Origin: a virus
Taxonomy: Duplodnaviria; Caudoviricetes
DNA length: 39,556 nt
Virus record (IMG/VR): IMGVR_UViG_3300007511_000050
Coordinates: 1-39,556 of that record
Direction: 5' to 3' (one strand)
The translations under genes and the position numbers were made by a program. Of the stretch, positions 15,914 through 25,122 are shown piece after piece (the first letter of the stretch is position 1; every line of letters begins with the position of its first letter). A model generated the notes under the pieces. It was given only the letters and a program-made list of their open reading frames with translations. It was not told the origin of the DNA and made no database searches.

Positions 15914-17521
15914 ATGAACTGGGAAGAAATCGCAAAGCTGGTCAAACAGGCCGAGAAAGAAAAAGACCCTGTGAAGCAGAAGGGTCTGTTCGAAAAGGTA
16001 AAAGCCGGCATTGAATCACTTAAAGAAAAAGCCACCTCCGCGGGCTTCAAGTCTTTCGGCGGCGCCTTCGATATTTTCAAAGAAGCTTCTGATGTATACA
16101 AGGCTGAAAGAGAATCAATCAAGAATACCGGATTGTTGCTCGAAGAGCTGTCTGGACCCGGTGGTTTATTTTCAAAATTTTCACAAATTGGTGAAGAAGG
16201 CGTAGGTCTCTTTGGTAGAATAGACGAGGGTGTAAAAGGTGCAGACCAGCTAGCTAAAAACATGAAAGGCCTCTTTGCTGTCTTTGATAATGTTGAGTCG
16301 CTATCTAAAACTGCCACTGTTCTTAATGAGCTTGGAGTTTCATTCGGTACTTTGGGCGATGTTTTAGACTCAGCAGTTTTAGGCTTTGGGATGTCAGGTG
16401 AAGCTGCAGAGAAACTTACAAGATCCATAGCTGGGATTGGCGAAGCAACAGGTGTGGGTATGCAAACAGCCATGGAAAACTTTTCAGCAGCCCAGAAAAG
16501 CATGGCTTATGACTCAAATACTTTAATGGAAAATTTCAAAAGCTTACAACTCACAGCTGGACAAACGGGTGTAAGCTTCAATAAGTTGACATCTGCTTTT
16601 GGTGAATCGATGGATGAGTTCGGTGGATCTGCACGGAAGGCCGGCTCTTTGAATGCGATATTAGGAAGATCCGTCTTTAATTCAATCGACTTACTTGGCA
16701 AGACGGAAGCACAAAGAGTAGAGACAATCGTGAAAGGTATCAAGGAAAGCGTAGATGTTAAAGCACTGGGTAGAAACAAGTTCCAACTAAAAGCAGTAGC
16801 GGATGGCCTGGGTTTAACTCCAGACGAAACAAGAAGATTGTTGTCAGGTCAAATGTCCGTGGATGAAGCTCTTGCTGGTAAAGAATCGGCTGATCCAAGA
16901 ATCAGAGCCAATGCAAAGATGGCGGATCTTCTTGAAAAAAGAACAAACCCAGCCCTCGCACAATTTGAGTACACAATTAGAAGAACTCGCAAAGCCATGG
17001 ACAATGTAGCAGCAAGTGCAAACAAGGTCCAACGAGATTTGATCAGGAACCTGGCTGATTCTCTTGTTAGAACTGGCCAATTTAAAGATATTTTACCGTC
17101 CACGCGCCCAGCTGAAGTGGCAAAGACTCTGGACAACATGATGAATCAGATGTCTCTTGAGCAAGTCGAGAAGATCATCGCCAAGACCAATATTGGGCTC
17201 ACCACAAAAAAGATAAAAGAAGGTGGACTGTTCGATGCCGAGTTTCTCAGAAAGGAAGGCGGTGAAGCATTTAAAAGATTTTTCATAGCTGTCAAAGAAG
17301 AGGCTGCTACAGCAGCCCAAACACCCGGAGGCACCACCGACGAAGCAACAGTTGCCAAATTTGGAAATATGAATTTTTCTCAAGAAACCTTGGACGCCAC
17401 CAGAGGCGCATTGCGCAAAGAAAACGTCGACGAGCTTCTTGACGCACTTTCGAAAGGGGCAAAACAGTTCGAGGAAATCATGGACAAAATAGCGATTGGG
17501 TTGAAGTTAAAAAGAAAGTAA
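15914..17521 (+). CDS. Putative tape measure protein
   Basis: Helical A/K/G/L-rich protein located after tube and chaperone and before the baseplate genes. KAVADGLGLTPDE motif. Confidence 0.6.
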   Translation: MNWEEIAKLVKQAEKEKDPVKQKGLFEKVKAGIESLKEKATSAGFKSFGGAFDIFKEASDVYKAERESIKNTGLLLEELSGPGGLFSKFSQIGEEGVGLFGRIDEGVKGADQLAKNMKGLFAVFDNVESLSKTATVLNELGVSFGTLGDVLDSAVLGFGMSGEAAEKLTRSIAGIGEATGVGMQTAMENFSAAQKSMAYDSNTLMENFKSLQLTAGQTGVSFNKLTSAFGESMDEFGGSARKAGSLNAILGRSVFNSIDLLGKTEAQRVETIVKGIKESVDVKALGRNKFQLKAVADGLGLTPDETRRLLSGQMSVDEALAGKESADPRIRANAKMADLLEKRTNPALAQFEYTIRRTRKAMDNVAASANKVQRDLIRNLADSLVRTGQFKDILPSTRPAEVAKTLDNMMNQMSLEQVEKIIAKTNIGLTTKKIKEGGLFDAEFLRKEGGEAFKRFFIAVKEEAATAAQTPGGTTDEATVAKFGNMNFSQETLDATRGALRKENVDELLDALSKGAKQFEEIMDKIAIGLKLKRK

Positions 17522-17535
17522 AAGGAGGATAATTT

Positions 17536-18222
17536 ATGGCATCATTTCATGACATAGCAAAAGGTAGCGATCATTTAGTTAAGTTTTTGCACGTTGCAAC
17601 GGAAACTAGGGTAGAATTCCCTGCCTTTATAAAAGAGTATTCAGATTCTTTTTCCGTATCTTGGGGGACCGAACAGATCTTTGGTCGAATGGATCCCATA
17701 AAACCCTATAGAGGCACAACAAGAAGAATCTCTATAGCTTTTGATGTTCTGGCACCAACGTTAGAAAAGGCAAAAGAAAACATGAACAACTACAGCACGC
17801 TTGTTAAAATGATGTATCCCGTTTATGGGGAACCACTCCAGGGAGGAGAGAAAGGACTGGGAAGAACCTTGAAGGCGCCACCATTATTGAGAATACAGTT
17901 TCTAAACTTAGTAAAGAATTACTCAGATGAGTCCATGGAAGAAGGTTTGCTTGGCTGCATTGGCGGTTTTAGTTTTAGGCCCAATAGGGACTCGGGATTT
18001 TTTACCCTTGATAACGAATTGTTGCCAAAGAATTTTAGCATATCTTTCACTTTTGAGCCTCAGCACGAATCACCATTAGGGTTTAGAGGAAAGAACTTCA
18101 TAAATCCATCTTTTCCTTATGGTAGACCAACAGGAGAGCCTATCGATACAGATAAGGTAGACTCAGGTACAGCCCAAGTGCAAATTAAAAGAGAAAATGA
18201 TATACTCGGAGGTCAAGAATGA
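17536..18222 (+). CDS. Baseplate / tube initiator protein
   Basis: W....IFGRMDPI..Y..T.R.ISI.F and APPLLRI motifs typical of tube-fold baseplate proteins. AAGGAGG RBS. Confidence 0.6.
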   Translation: MASFHDIAKGSDHLVKFLHVATETRVEFPAFIKEYSDSFSVSWGTEQIFGRMDPIKPYRGTTRRISIAFDVLAPTLEKAKENMNNYSTLVKMMYPVYGEPLQGGEKGLGRTLKAPPLLRIQFLNLVKNYSDESMEEGLLGCIGGFSFRPNRDSGFFTLDNELLPKNFSISFTFEPQHESPLGFRGKNFINPSFPYGRPTGEPIDTDKVDSGTAQVQIKRENDILGGQE

Positions 18223-18563
18223 TAGATAGAAACGAAAGAAGAGAAATCCTGATCAACGATCACCCTTTCTATAAGAAAAAGCTAAAGAATAGAGGCTTAA
18301 AATTTTTCAGGCATTACTCAAAGATGAAATTGTCTGAAATTTCTCAAGAAGATATGAAGGATCTAACTATTTTGGATCATGTTTATGCCACAGGAGATTC
18401 TTTGAGTAAAATAGCATACAAGCACTACGGTGACACTAGGTATTGGTGGGTGTTAGCAGCCTTTAACCAGAAGCCAATTGACAATTTAATAAAAACAGGA
18501 GATATTATACATGTACCTCTTCCTTTGAATGAGATAATGTATTTATTAACCAGAGATGAGTGA
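18219..18563 (+). CDS. LysM-containing baseplate wedge protein (gp53/Tail X-like)
   Basis: GDSLSKIAYKHYGD..YWWVLA..N.......GD.I.VP LysM signature. Confidence 0.8.
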   Translation: MIDRNERREILINDHPFYKKKLKNRGLKFFRHYSKMKLSEISQEDMKDLTILDHVYATGDSLSKIAYKHYGDTRYWWVLAAFNQKPIDNLIKTGDIIHVPLPLNEIMYLLTRDE

Positions 18564-20841
18564 CGAAAAATCAATTTCATTTAATGAACAAGGATATTTA
18601 ATCTGGGATCACTTTATAAAAGGTGCCGGAAGAAAACAAGGAAGCAAGCTGGGTCAGGGTAAGTCATCCAACAGTGGAATAACCTGTCACAAAGTTACAG
18701 GCAACTATACCAATGTAGATTTCGTCTCTAAAGTAATAAAAAAAGAAAATATTGATGTTTATAGAAATCTTATGGATCTGGAGACAAGAAAGTTGTCTTC
18801 GCTTGTTCCTGAAGTGAAGCTTTTCAAGATAAAAGATAAAAGATATATTCCTTTTTACTTTCCAGTCGCCGCAGAAAATGCTACTATAACATCTTTGCTT
18901 CAACCAGGCGCCTCCGTCGGAGGAGTTGGCATTAAAAGTTTTTCTTATCAATTTATAGGTAAAGATTTTTTTACAAGAGACAAGCAGATAGAGTGCTCGT
19001 TAGAGCTTTTCGTTGATTCAATAGAGAACGTGTTTAAAACTCCACCACCAGGCTTCGCGACACTAGCAGAATTGTTCACAATTTCTAGATCTGAGAGTGT
19101 GTCCTTGAGAGGTTCTATGTCGAAAGAAGTTTCAAGTGAGCAAGTAAACAAGCCCAGTTCACATGAAATTGGAGCATTTATAGGATACTCTGCACCAAAC
19201 ACAGAAGACCTTTTAACACAATCTGAGAGAAGAGCAATAGAAAATACTTCGATATCTTTGAGGATGACATATATAAACCACAATCTTAATGTGGCTCAAG
19301 ACGGCACGGCCACAATCAAGGTAGATTACATTGGTAGGTTGTCCGGTATTCTGGATGATCCAATGTACAACATTATATCAACACCAGAAGAAATCCTTGC
19401 ACTCGCAGATATACAGAAAGAGGTAGATGAAGCTAAACGAAGCGCAAAAGTAAATGATGTAAAACGAAAAGAGACTGAAGAGAAGATAAAAAGTATCATA
19501 AAAAAGAAAGCGAGTGAAAATTTTATTTCTGTCATGGAAATCTTGAGAAGAGAAAAGAAATTGCACGAAGAACCAATCAGGCTCATCGACTCGAAATTGT
19601 ATAATCAATATGTTGGTAGACAAGAAGATCCGACTCTTGGTGTACTCATTAAGAATCCTTCGGGAGAGGGGTCACCTACAAATGCATACGACACCGCGAA
19701 ACTATCCGCACCCGGGTCTGTTATTAGTACTGATCTTGTTACAAACTATGTGTACATGGGAGATTTTATTCAAGCGGTGATTTTCAGCACAAAAGAATCC
19801 TTAGAGAGAGCAAAAAAAGATTTAGAGAAACAGCGCCAATCTGGAGCGCTCGGAGCAAACAAGGTAGATGCAAAACTCAAACCCATTCAAAATTCTTTAG
19901 ATAATTTAGAAAGTTTCAAAGTCCTATTTGGAAAGGTCGCGATCGTTACAGGAGAGACATCAGCGATTCAGGTCAACCTAGCGGATATTCCGGTTTCCGT
20001 AAAGACTATTTCAGACTTTGTGTTTAAGAATATTGAACAGAAGTTTTCCTCAAGAAAAACTTTAAAATCATTCTTAGAAGAAGTTGTAGGTCAACTATAT
20101 CCAATGGCCACAACTAGACACCTTTATAAAGATGCTAAGACCTTGCCTTCAAACATTTCAGTAAAAGCAGTCGGCATTACAGGCGAGCGTACCGCAGTAC
20201 TTAGCGCTGGAAACTCTGAAGTCTCTATATCTAAGTTGCCCAACTTCTTAAAAAACTTTAATCAAAGAAGAAGAAAGAAGGACGATATTGATTATATGAT
20301 AATATATTCTGAGGTTTCTTCAAACAGAAACTCTGGCCTCGCGGGAGACGTAAAGAAAGATGCGGAAAAGGGTGTGTATCACTTTAACCTATCAAAAGAT
20401 AGAGGAATGGTAAAGAGTATCAACTTCAGCTTAAACAATGTAAGATTTAGAAAAGAAGCTTTAATGCTGGAATCTGTTGATTTATACGACGAACTAAAGA
20501 TGCCTTATAACGCTTCCATAGAAATGGTGGGCAACAACTTGTTCCTACCAGGATCCATGATATATATTAACCCATCCAGCATCGGCTTCGGTGACCCTAG
20601 AAACAAGCGATCAGCAGCCGCCAGGCTCGGCCTCGGCGGATATTATATTGTTATCTCTGTCAACACTGCATTCACCGCAGGTCAGATGGTCACAAAGTTA
20701 GATACTCAACACCATTCTTGGGCAGACGATGATTCCAGACTATCAACAACAGAGATGCTTCAAGAGACAGGAATCTATCAGACGGCCGTCAGAAATGTGG
20801 AAACAGGCAACACAACTAATCTTAAGGAGCTTTACAAGTAA
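18556..20841 (+). CDS. Putative baseplate hub protein (gp27/late control D-like)
   Basis: C-terminal YNASIEMVGNNLFLPG..IYI...LGGYY.V..V...F.....T.L pattern, following the LysM gene. Confidence 0.55.
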   Translation: MSDEKSISFNEQGYLIWDHFIKGAGRKQGSKLGQGKSSNSGITCHKVTGNYTNVDFVSKVIKKENIDVYRNLMDLETRKLSSLVPEVKLFKIKDKRYIPFYFPVAAENATITSLLQPGASVGGVGIKSFSYQFIGKDFFTRDKQIECSLELFVDSIENVFKTPPPGFATLAELFTISRSESVSLRGSMSKEVSSEQVNKPSSHEIGAFIGYSAPNTEDLLTQSERRAIENTSISLRMTYINHNLNVAQDGTATIKVDYIGRLSGILDDPMYNIISTPEEILALADIQKEVDEAKRSAKVNDVKRKETEEKIKSIIKKKASENFISVMEILRREKKLHEEPIRLIDSKLYNQYVGRQEDPTLGVLIKNPSGEGSPTNAYDTAKLSAPGSVISTDLVTNYVYMGDFIQAVIFSTKESLERAKKDLEKQRQSGALGANKVDAKLKPIQNSLDNLESFKVLFGKVAIVTGETSAIQVNLADIPVSVKTISDFVFKNIEQKFSSRKTLKSFLEEVVGQLYPMATTRHLYKDAKTLPSNISVKAVGITGERTAVLSAGNSEVSISKLPNFLKNFNQRRRKKDDIDYMIIYSEVSSNRNSGLAGDVKKDAEKGVYHFNLSKDRGMVKSINFSLNNVRFRKEALMLESVDLYDELKMPYNASIEMVGNNLFLPGSMIYINPSSIGFGDPRNKRSAAARLGLGGYYIVISVNTAFTAGQMVTKLDTQHHSWADDDSRLSTTEMLQETGIYQTAVRNVETGNTTNLKELYK

Positions 20842-22007
20842 TGTCTTTCTTATATAAAGATGGAAAATACAGTACGACTCGCGACAGCTTTGTGGGAAGA
20901 AAAGCTTACAAAGAAAATGCTAAGTTAGACCAGGTTCAAGTTCTGGATACATGGTATCAGTATCCAAGTTATGGACTTCTTAACAAAGATTTCGAACCCG
21001 TTATATTGAATACTGACGAAACAGGTGCTAACTTAAACATTTTTGGACAATATGCTGGAGAAGACCTGCGCGCAGCCCCCTTTGTCGCAGAGGCTTTTGA
21101 CGACTTTAGAACTTATTATGTTAACACCACATTGGAGAAAAACGTTGACTTTCCTTTATTTATAGATCAGGTCATACCAAAGGTTGCTTACTTGTCTTTC
21201 GATGAGCAATATCAAAATTATGTAGCATCAAATATGAACACTTTTGCTTCTTTGGTTTTGGAGAAAATTTCGTCAATTGATCAATTTAATGAAGAATTGT
21301 CTAAAATCATACAAGGAAATATACTTAAATTTCCAATAACTAAGTCCGGTTTCTTGCTCTCCCAACAATGTCCAATAAATGTTTCAGGTCTCTGTGTCGA
21401 GCTAGCGATTTTGGACTTTAATTCAGATACAGAAAAAGCGAAACTATTTGACACAAAGGAATTTCAGTGTTATGCTGAGGTTGCAAATGTTTACGGCTTC
21501 TATGTTGACAAGAACGCGCCATGGAGATTGATAGCTAATTTGCAGAGCCCCATAATGAAAGAATACATAGACAGGTACAGAAGAGGCACAGACACTGACA
21601 TAATTTTAGATAAAATGTTTAGAAGTAAAACACAGTACGAGGATATTTCTAGTGTTTACTATTTCCATGCAGCTGTATTCAATGAGATGTTAGATATTTT
21701 AGAATTGCAGGCATCGTATTCAATTTCGGAAGAAGATTTAATATCATCGACGTTGAGATATAGAATGTTAGAAACAGGTGTCCCTATGGATCAGTTTGAA
21801 AAAAACAGAAATAATGTTTTAGATTTACACAACATATATGCTTCTAGGCATCCTTTTGATCCGCTGAAACAAGCATCCGGAAAGATCGGAAAGATTTGTT
21901 CTGAAAAATTGAAAGAAATTTATCTTGCAAAATCAAATATAAACAGTTATAATGAGACAACATTAAAGGAATATAGTGATTTTACAGACCCTAGATATCA
22001 AAGATAA
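20841..22007 (+). CDS. Hypothetical protein
   Basis: 388-aa ORF coupled to the upstream gene by TAATG. No function recognised. Confidence 0.65.
   Translation: MSFLYKDGKYSTTRDSFVGRKAYKENAKLDQVQVLDTWYQYPSYGLLNKDFEPVILNTDETGANLNIFGQYAGEDLRAAPFVAEAFDDFRTYYVNTTLEKNVDFPLFIDQVIPKVAYLSFDEQYQNYVASNMNTFASLVLEKISSIDQFNEELSKIIQGNILKFPITKSGFLLSQQCPINVSGLCVELAILDFNSDTEKAKLFDTKEFQCYAEVANVYGFYVDKNAPWRLIANLQSPIMKEYIDRYRRGTDTDIILDKMFRSKTQYEDISSVYYFHAAVFNEMLDILELQASYSISEEDLISSTLRYRMLETGVPMDQFEKNRNNVLDLHNIYASRHPFDPLKQASGKIGKICSEKLKEIYLAKSNINSYNETTLKEYSDFTDPRYQR
21925..21953 (+). promoter_or_regulatory. Sigma70-type promoter
   Basis: TTGCAA-N17-TATAAT inside the 3' end of the upstream ORF, followed by TAAGGA and a GTG start at 21976. 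Confidence 0.65.
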
Positions 22008-23106
22008 CTGCACCGGTATTTTCCATAATGATGAATTTTTGCTCGACGGCTTTCAAGAGCTGTTAGATCAATACTCTTTAGCCTGGAAACATTCCCCAAT
22101 GTTGGATGACGAAAAGTACAAGTATTTGTATTTGCTTATAAAAGAGGAAGATCTTTCTTCGTACTGCCATGACCCGGAGCTTTTCATTACATATCGGAAA
22201 AAACTAGAAGCCCACCAAAAGGCAGCAGTTTCTGCAAAAGTTAGTTTGCAAGACACCTGTTTTTTTGATTTGCTACCTGAACATCAATTATTGAAGTGGT
22301 TCAGAGTTCGAGCTGGAGCCATGGACAATTTGCAAAAAACAGTACCCTTTCAAGAAGATTATGACATCTTACATAAGGCACATGTACTAACAACGACTAT
22401 TGCTAGACAGGATATTAACTTCGAGGGTAAAGCAGGTAGAGTTTTGTATAACATTTTCGGGTCGGCAACAGGAAGACTAACAACTCGAAGAGGCTCAGTC
22501 CCAGTTTTGACCTTAAAGAGAGAACAGAGAGAATTGATTAAGCCTCAGAACGATGTATTCGTTGAGCTAGATTTAAACGCTGCAGAAGTAAGAACGTTGA
22601 TAGCTCTTTCAGGCCGAGAGCAGCCACAGGGCGACATTCACGAGTGGGTTGTGAAGAATGTGTTTGATGGAGAGAAAGAGCGCACAAAAGCGAAGGTAGA
22701 GTTGTTTGCCTGGCTGTATAATCCTTCGAGTTCGAAAAGTCAATTTGACCAAATTTTTTCGCGGACAATTTTTCGAGATTTTTTTGCCCCTGAAGACCAA
22801 GTGCTTACAACGCCATTTGGACGAAGACTTGCCGTAGATGAAAGAAAAGCACAAAATTACTTGCTTCAATCAACAACATCCGATATAGTTATACAAAACG
22901 CGTACAAGATTATGAAGATGCTTAAAGGTAAAAAGTCTAAAATAGCGTTCACATTACACGATTCGATTATTGTTGACATGGACAAAAAAGATGCTATAAT
23001 GTTAAGAGATATAAAAGAGCAGTTTGAGGAAACACCTTGGGGTCCTTTTAGAAGTACGTGTAAAATCGGTAAAACATTTGGTGATTTAAAGGATTTGGTG
23101 ATTTGA
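21976..23106 (+). CDS. Miniature family A DNA polymerase (polymerase domain only)
   Basis: TGRLT, motif A ELDLNAAEVR, motif B RTKAKVELFAWLY, TPFGRRL, NYLLQST.SD and motif C LHDSI. Only 376 aa. Confidence 0.8.
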   Translation: MILQTLDIKDNCTGIFHNDEFLLDGFQELLDQYSLAWKHSPMLDDEKYKYLYLLIKEEDLSSYCHDPELFITYRKKLEAHQKAAVSAKVSLQDTCFFDLLPEHQLLKWFRVRAGAMDNLQKTVPFQEDYDILHKAHVLTTTIARQDINFEGKAGRVLYNIFGSATGRLTTRRGSVPVLTLKREQRELIKPQNDVFVELDLNAAEVRTLIALSGREQPQGDIHEWVVKNVFDGEKERTKAKVELFAWLYNPSSSKSQFDQIFSRTIFRDFFAPEDQVLTTPFGRRLAVDERKAQNYLLQSTTSDIVIQNAYKIMKMLKGKKSKIAFTLHDSIIVDMDKKDAIMLRDIKEQFEETPWGPFRSTCKIGKTFGDLKDLVI

Positions 23107-23942
23107 AAACAATATTGGGCATAGGTACAGCAGGCAGCAACGTTGTAAGGCAACTTGGCGAACACAAGGTGTATAAACCATACACAATTTGTACCAAAAA
23201 TCAAAAAACAACAAAATACCACTTCAACCTACCCGAACTCGACGGTCCCGAGGAATACGAGTCGATGGATATGACAAAGCTAGAGAAGTGGCTGTGCACA
23301 ATCGAAAAAAATTGCACCGTATTTCTATGCGGAGCATCCAATTCGTCGGGCATCACCCTACGAGCGCTCCACTTTCTACACCAAAGAGGTGTAAAAATGG
23401 ACATTGTGTATTTTACGCCCGAGATCGAGGTTCTTTCTGAGGAGAAAACTTTATGCGAAAGGGCTGTGAAGGGCGTTTTGCAAAATTATGCTCGAAGTGG
23501 CCTATTTGAAAAAATTTGTCTCGTATCCAACCTCCGGTTGGAGCAAATCGCGGGATCGACGAATGTGTTTGATTATTATGATCAAATAAACCGTGTATTT
23601 ACAAGTACTTACTATATGATGGATGTGTTTAAAAATACAGAACCGGTTACTTCCACCTTTAAAAGACCAAATGCTCCTTGTAGGATAACCACTATTGGCC
23701 TGGGATCATTAGAGAATGACGATTTAACGTTTTTTCCTTTCAATCAAGAGGTGGAAGTGGTATACTATTATGGTATCAATGAAGAAAAGTTAAAAACAGA
23801 AGAAAACTTGTTCAGAACAATAACAAACACAGTAAAATCAAAAATTACAGAAGAGAGAAAAGTGAGCTTTGGGATTTTTCCAACACAATATGAAGATGAC
23901 TACATTTACGTGGAATACTTTTCTCCAAAAATTCAAAAATAA
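23103..23942 (+). CDS. Divergent tubulin/FtsZ-family protein (PhuZ/TubZ-like)
   Basis: N-terminal ILGIGTAGSNVV (T1 loop), FTPEIE, LVSNLRL and YDQINRVF align by eye with FtsZ/tubulin elements. The signature loop is degenerate (CGASNSSG). Confidence 0.6.
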   Translation: MKTILGIGTAGSNVVRQLGEHKVYKPYTICTKNQKTTKYHFNLPELDGPEEYESMDMTKLEKWLCTIEKNCTVFLCGASNSSGITLRALHFLHQRGVKMDIVYFTPEIEVLSEEKTLCERAVKGVLQNYARSGLFEKICLVSNLRLEQIAGSTNVFDYYDQINRVFTSTYYMMDVFKNTEPVTSTFKRPNAPCRITTIGLGSLENDDLTFFPFNQEVEVVYYYGINEEKLKTEENLFRTITNTVKSKITEERKVSFGIFPTQYEDDYIYVEYFSPKIQK

Positions 23943-23945
23943 ATA

Positions 23946-23974
23946 TTGACACAGATTAGAAAATAAGATATTAT
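23946..23974 (+). promoter_or_regulatory. Sigma70-type promoter
   Basis: TTGACA-N17-TATTAT upstream of an AAAGGA RBS. Confidence 0.8.
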
Positions 23975-23999
23975 AAGAATATAAACTAAAAGGAACAAA

Positions 24000-25016
24000 A
24001 TGAACAGAGAACAATACGAAGACCTCAAGGTTACGATACAAAATTTTGATCAAACTTACGTGTTTGATGTAGATCCTTCGCTAGTGTATGAGGATACAGC
24101 AACTTCACAAATTAGGCAAAAAGGAGCAGTCATCAAGAAGGTTCCTGCTATGGTTGCGGATATCGAGGCAAATGGGCAAGAAATTCCCGCAGACGTAAGA
24201 GTGATGCCTGATGGAACTTTTGAGCTTAAAGATGGAATAACCAGATGGCTTTCCCAGAAGAAAATTCCAGGCGGAAAGCTCAAAGTGTCTGTATATCATG
24301 ACACAATATTTACAAATGAAGACGAGTGGACATTTCATCAAATTGAAGCAAATGAACACGAAACTGCAACATCGAATTCAAAAAAAGACATCGCTTTTCA
24401 GGTCGAAAAGCTTTGGACATCAGGCGCTCTAGAAAGAAGACTAGGGTATCGATATATAGGAAATGAAGCTCGCTTTATGAGAGAGGCACCTACGCTTTTA
24501 AAGAGTCAAACTTATAAGAGAGCTTCTGTTACCAAGAAATCACTTGAAAATTATTTAAAAAAGTGTGTCAACAGTTCATCAAAGGTAAAGAGTAGGTATC
24601 ACAATTATACAAAAGGCCCCAACGGGACTTGTTGGGAGACGTTTAGTCAACTAAACACTTTGGGGTGGTCTGGAAATAAAGCAAATGATATTTGTAACAA
24701 TATTGCAATATACGGAATGTATGACGCCGGCGAGGCAAAGGATATAGCTGGGTATGTCTGGATAAAAGCATCCAAGAATCCAAATGCGAAATATTATCTT
24801 TTAGCGTGGGTTGGCAACTTGTCCAACAAAAACAATACAGGCATCAAAAAAGAAAGACAAAGGATTTTTGATGCTTATAAAACAGAAATGCAAAATCATC
24901 CAAAGTTTAAAGTTCCTATGTTTGATGGTATCTTTTTCTTGCCACAAATTAAGACAGGCAAAGACAAGGAGATTCTACAAAAACTTTACTCGCCCCAAGA
25001 ATTAAACTTGACATAA
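24000..25016 (+). CDS. ParB/Srx N-terminal-domain protein
   Basis: QIR....MVADIEANGQEIP..V......ELKDGITRW resembles ParB boxes I and II. The C-terminal part is unrecognised. Confidence 0.55.
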   Translation: MNREQYEDLKVTIQNFDQTYVFDVDPSLVYEDTATSQIRQKGAVIKKVPAMVADIEANGQEIPADVRVMPDGTFELKDGITRWLSQKKIPGGKLKVSVYHDTIFTNEDEWTFHQIEANEHETATSNSKKDIAFQVEKLWTSGALERRLGYRYIGNEARFMREAPTLLKSQTYKRASVTKKSLENYLKKCVNSSSKVKSRYHNYTKGPNGTCWETFSQLNTLGWSGNKANDICNNIAIYGMYDAGEAKDIAGYVWIKASKNPNAKYYLLAWVGNLSNKNNTGIKKERQRIFDAYKTEMQNHPKFKVPMFDGIFFLPQIKTGKDKEILQKLYSPQELNLT

Positions 25017-25036
25017 ATAACAAAACATAGTATTAT
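25008..25036 (+). promoter_or_regulatory. Sigma70-type promoter
   Basis: TTGACA-N17-TATTAT upstream of the SSB gene. Confidence 0.8.
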
Positions 25037-25122
25037 AAGAATATGAGTTGGTCAGGATATTTGCTGACCTGCTATAGCCGAGAGTGTGCAAAAAAACAAC
25101 ATACCATAAGGAGGTAATAATA

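Noticed and set aside
10949-20841. Stand-alone contractile injection system or tailocin in a bacterial chromosome
   Set aside because: Capsid, neck and phage-type replication genes are contiguous and no host housekeeping context is visible.
23103-23942. Phage nucleus (chimallin) system implied by the tubulin-like gene
   Set aside because: No chimallin or multisubunit RNA polymerase gene is recognisable here, and host-type sigma70 promoters are used. Tubulin alone is not sufficient evidence.
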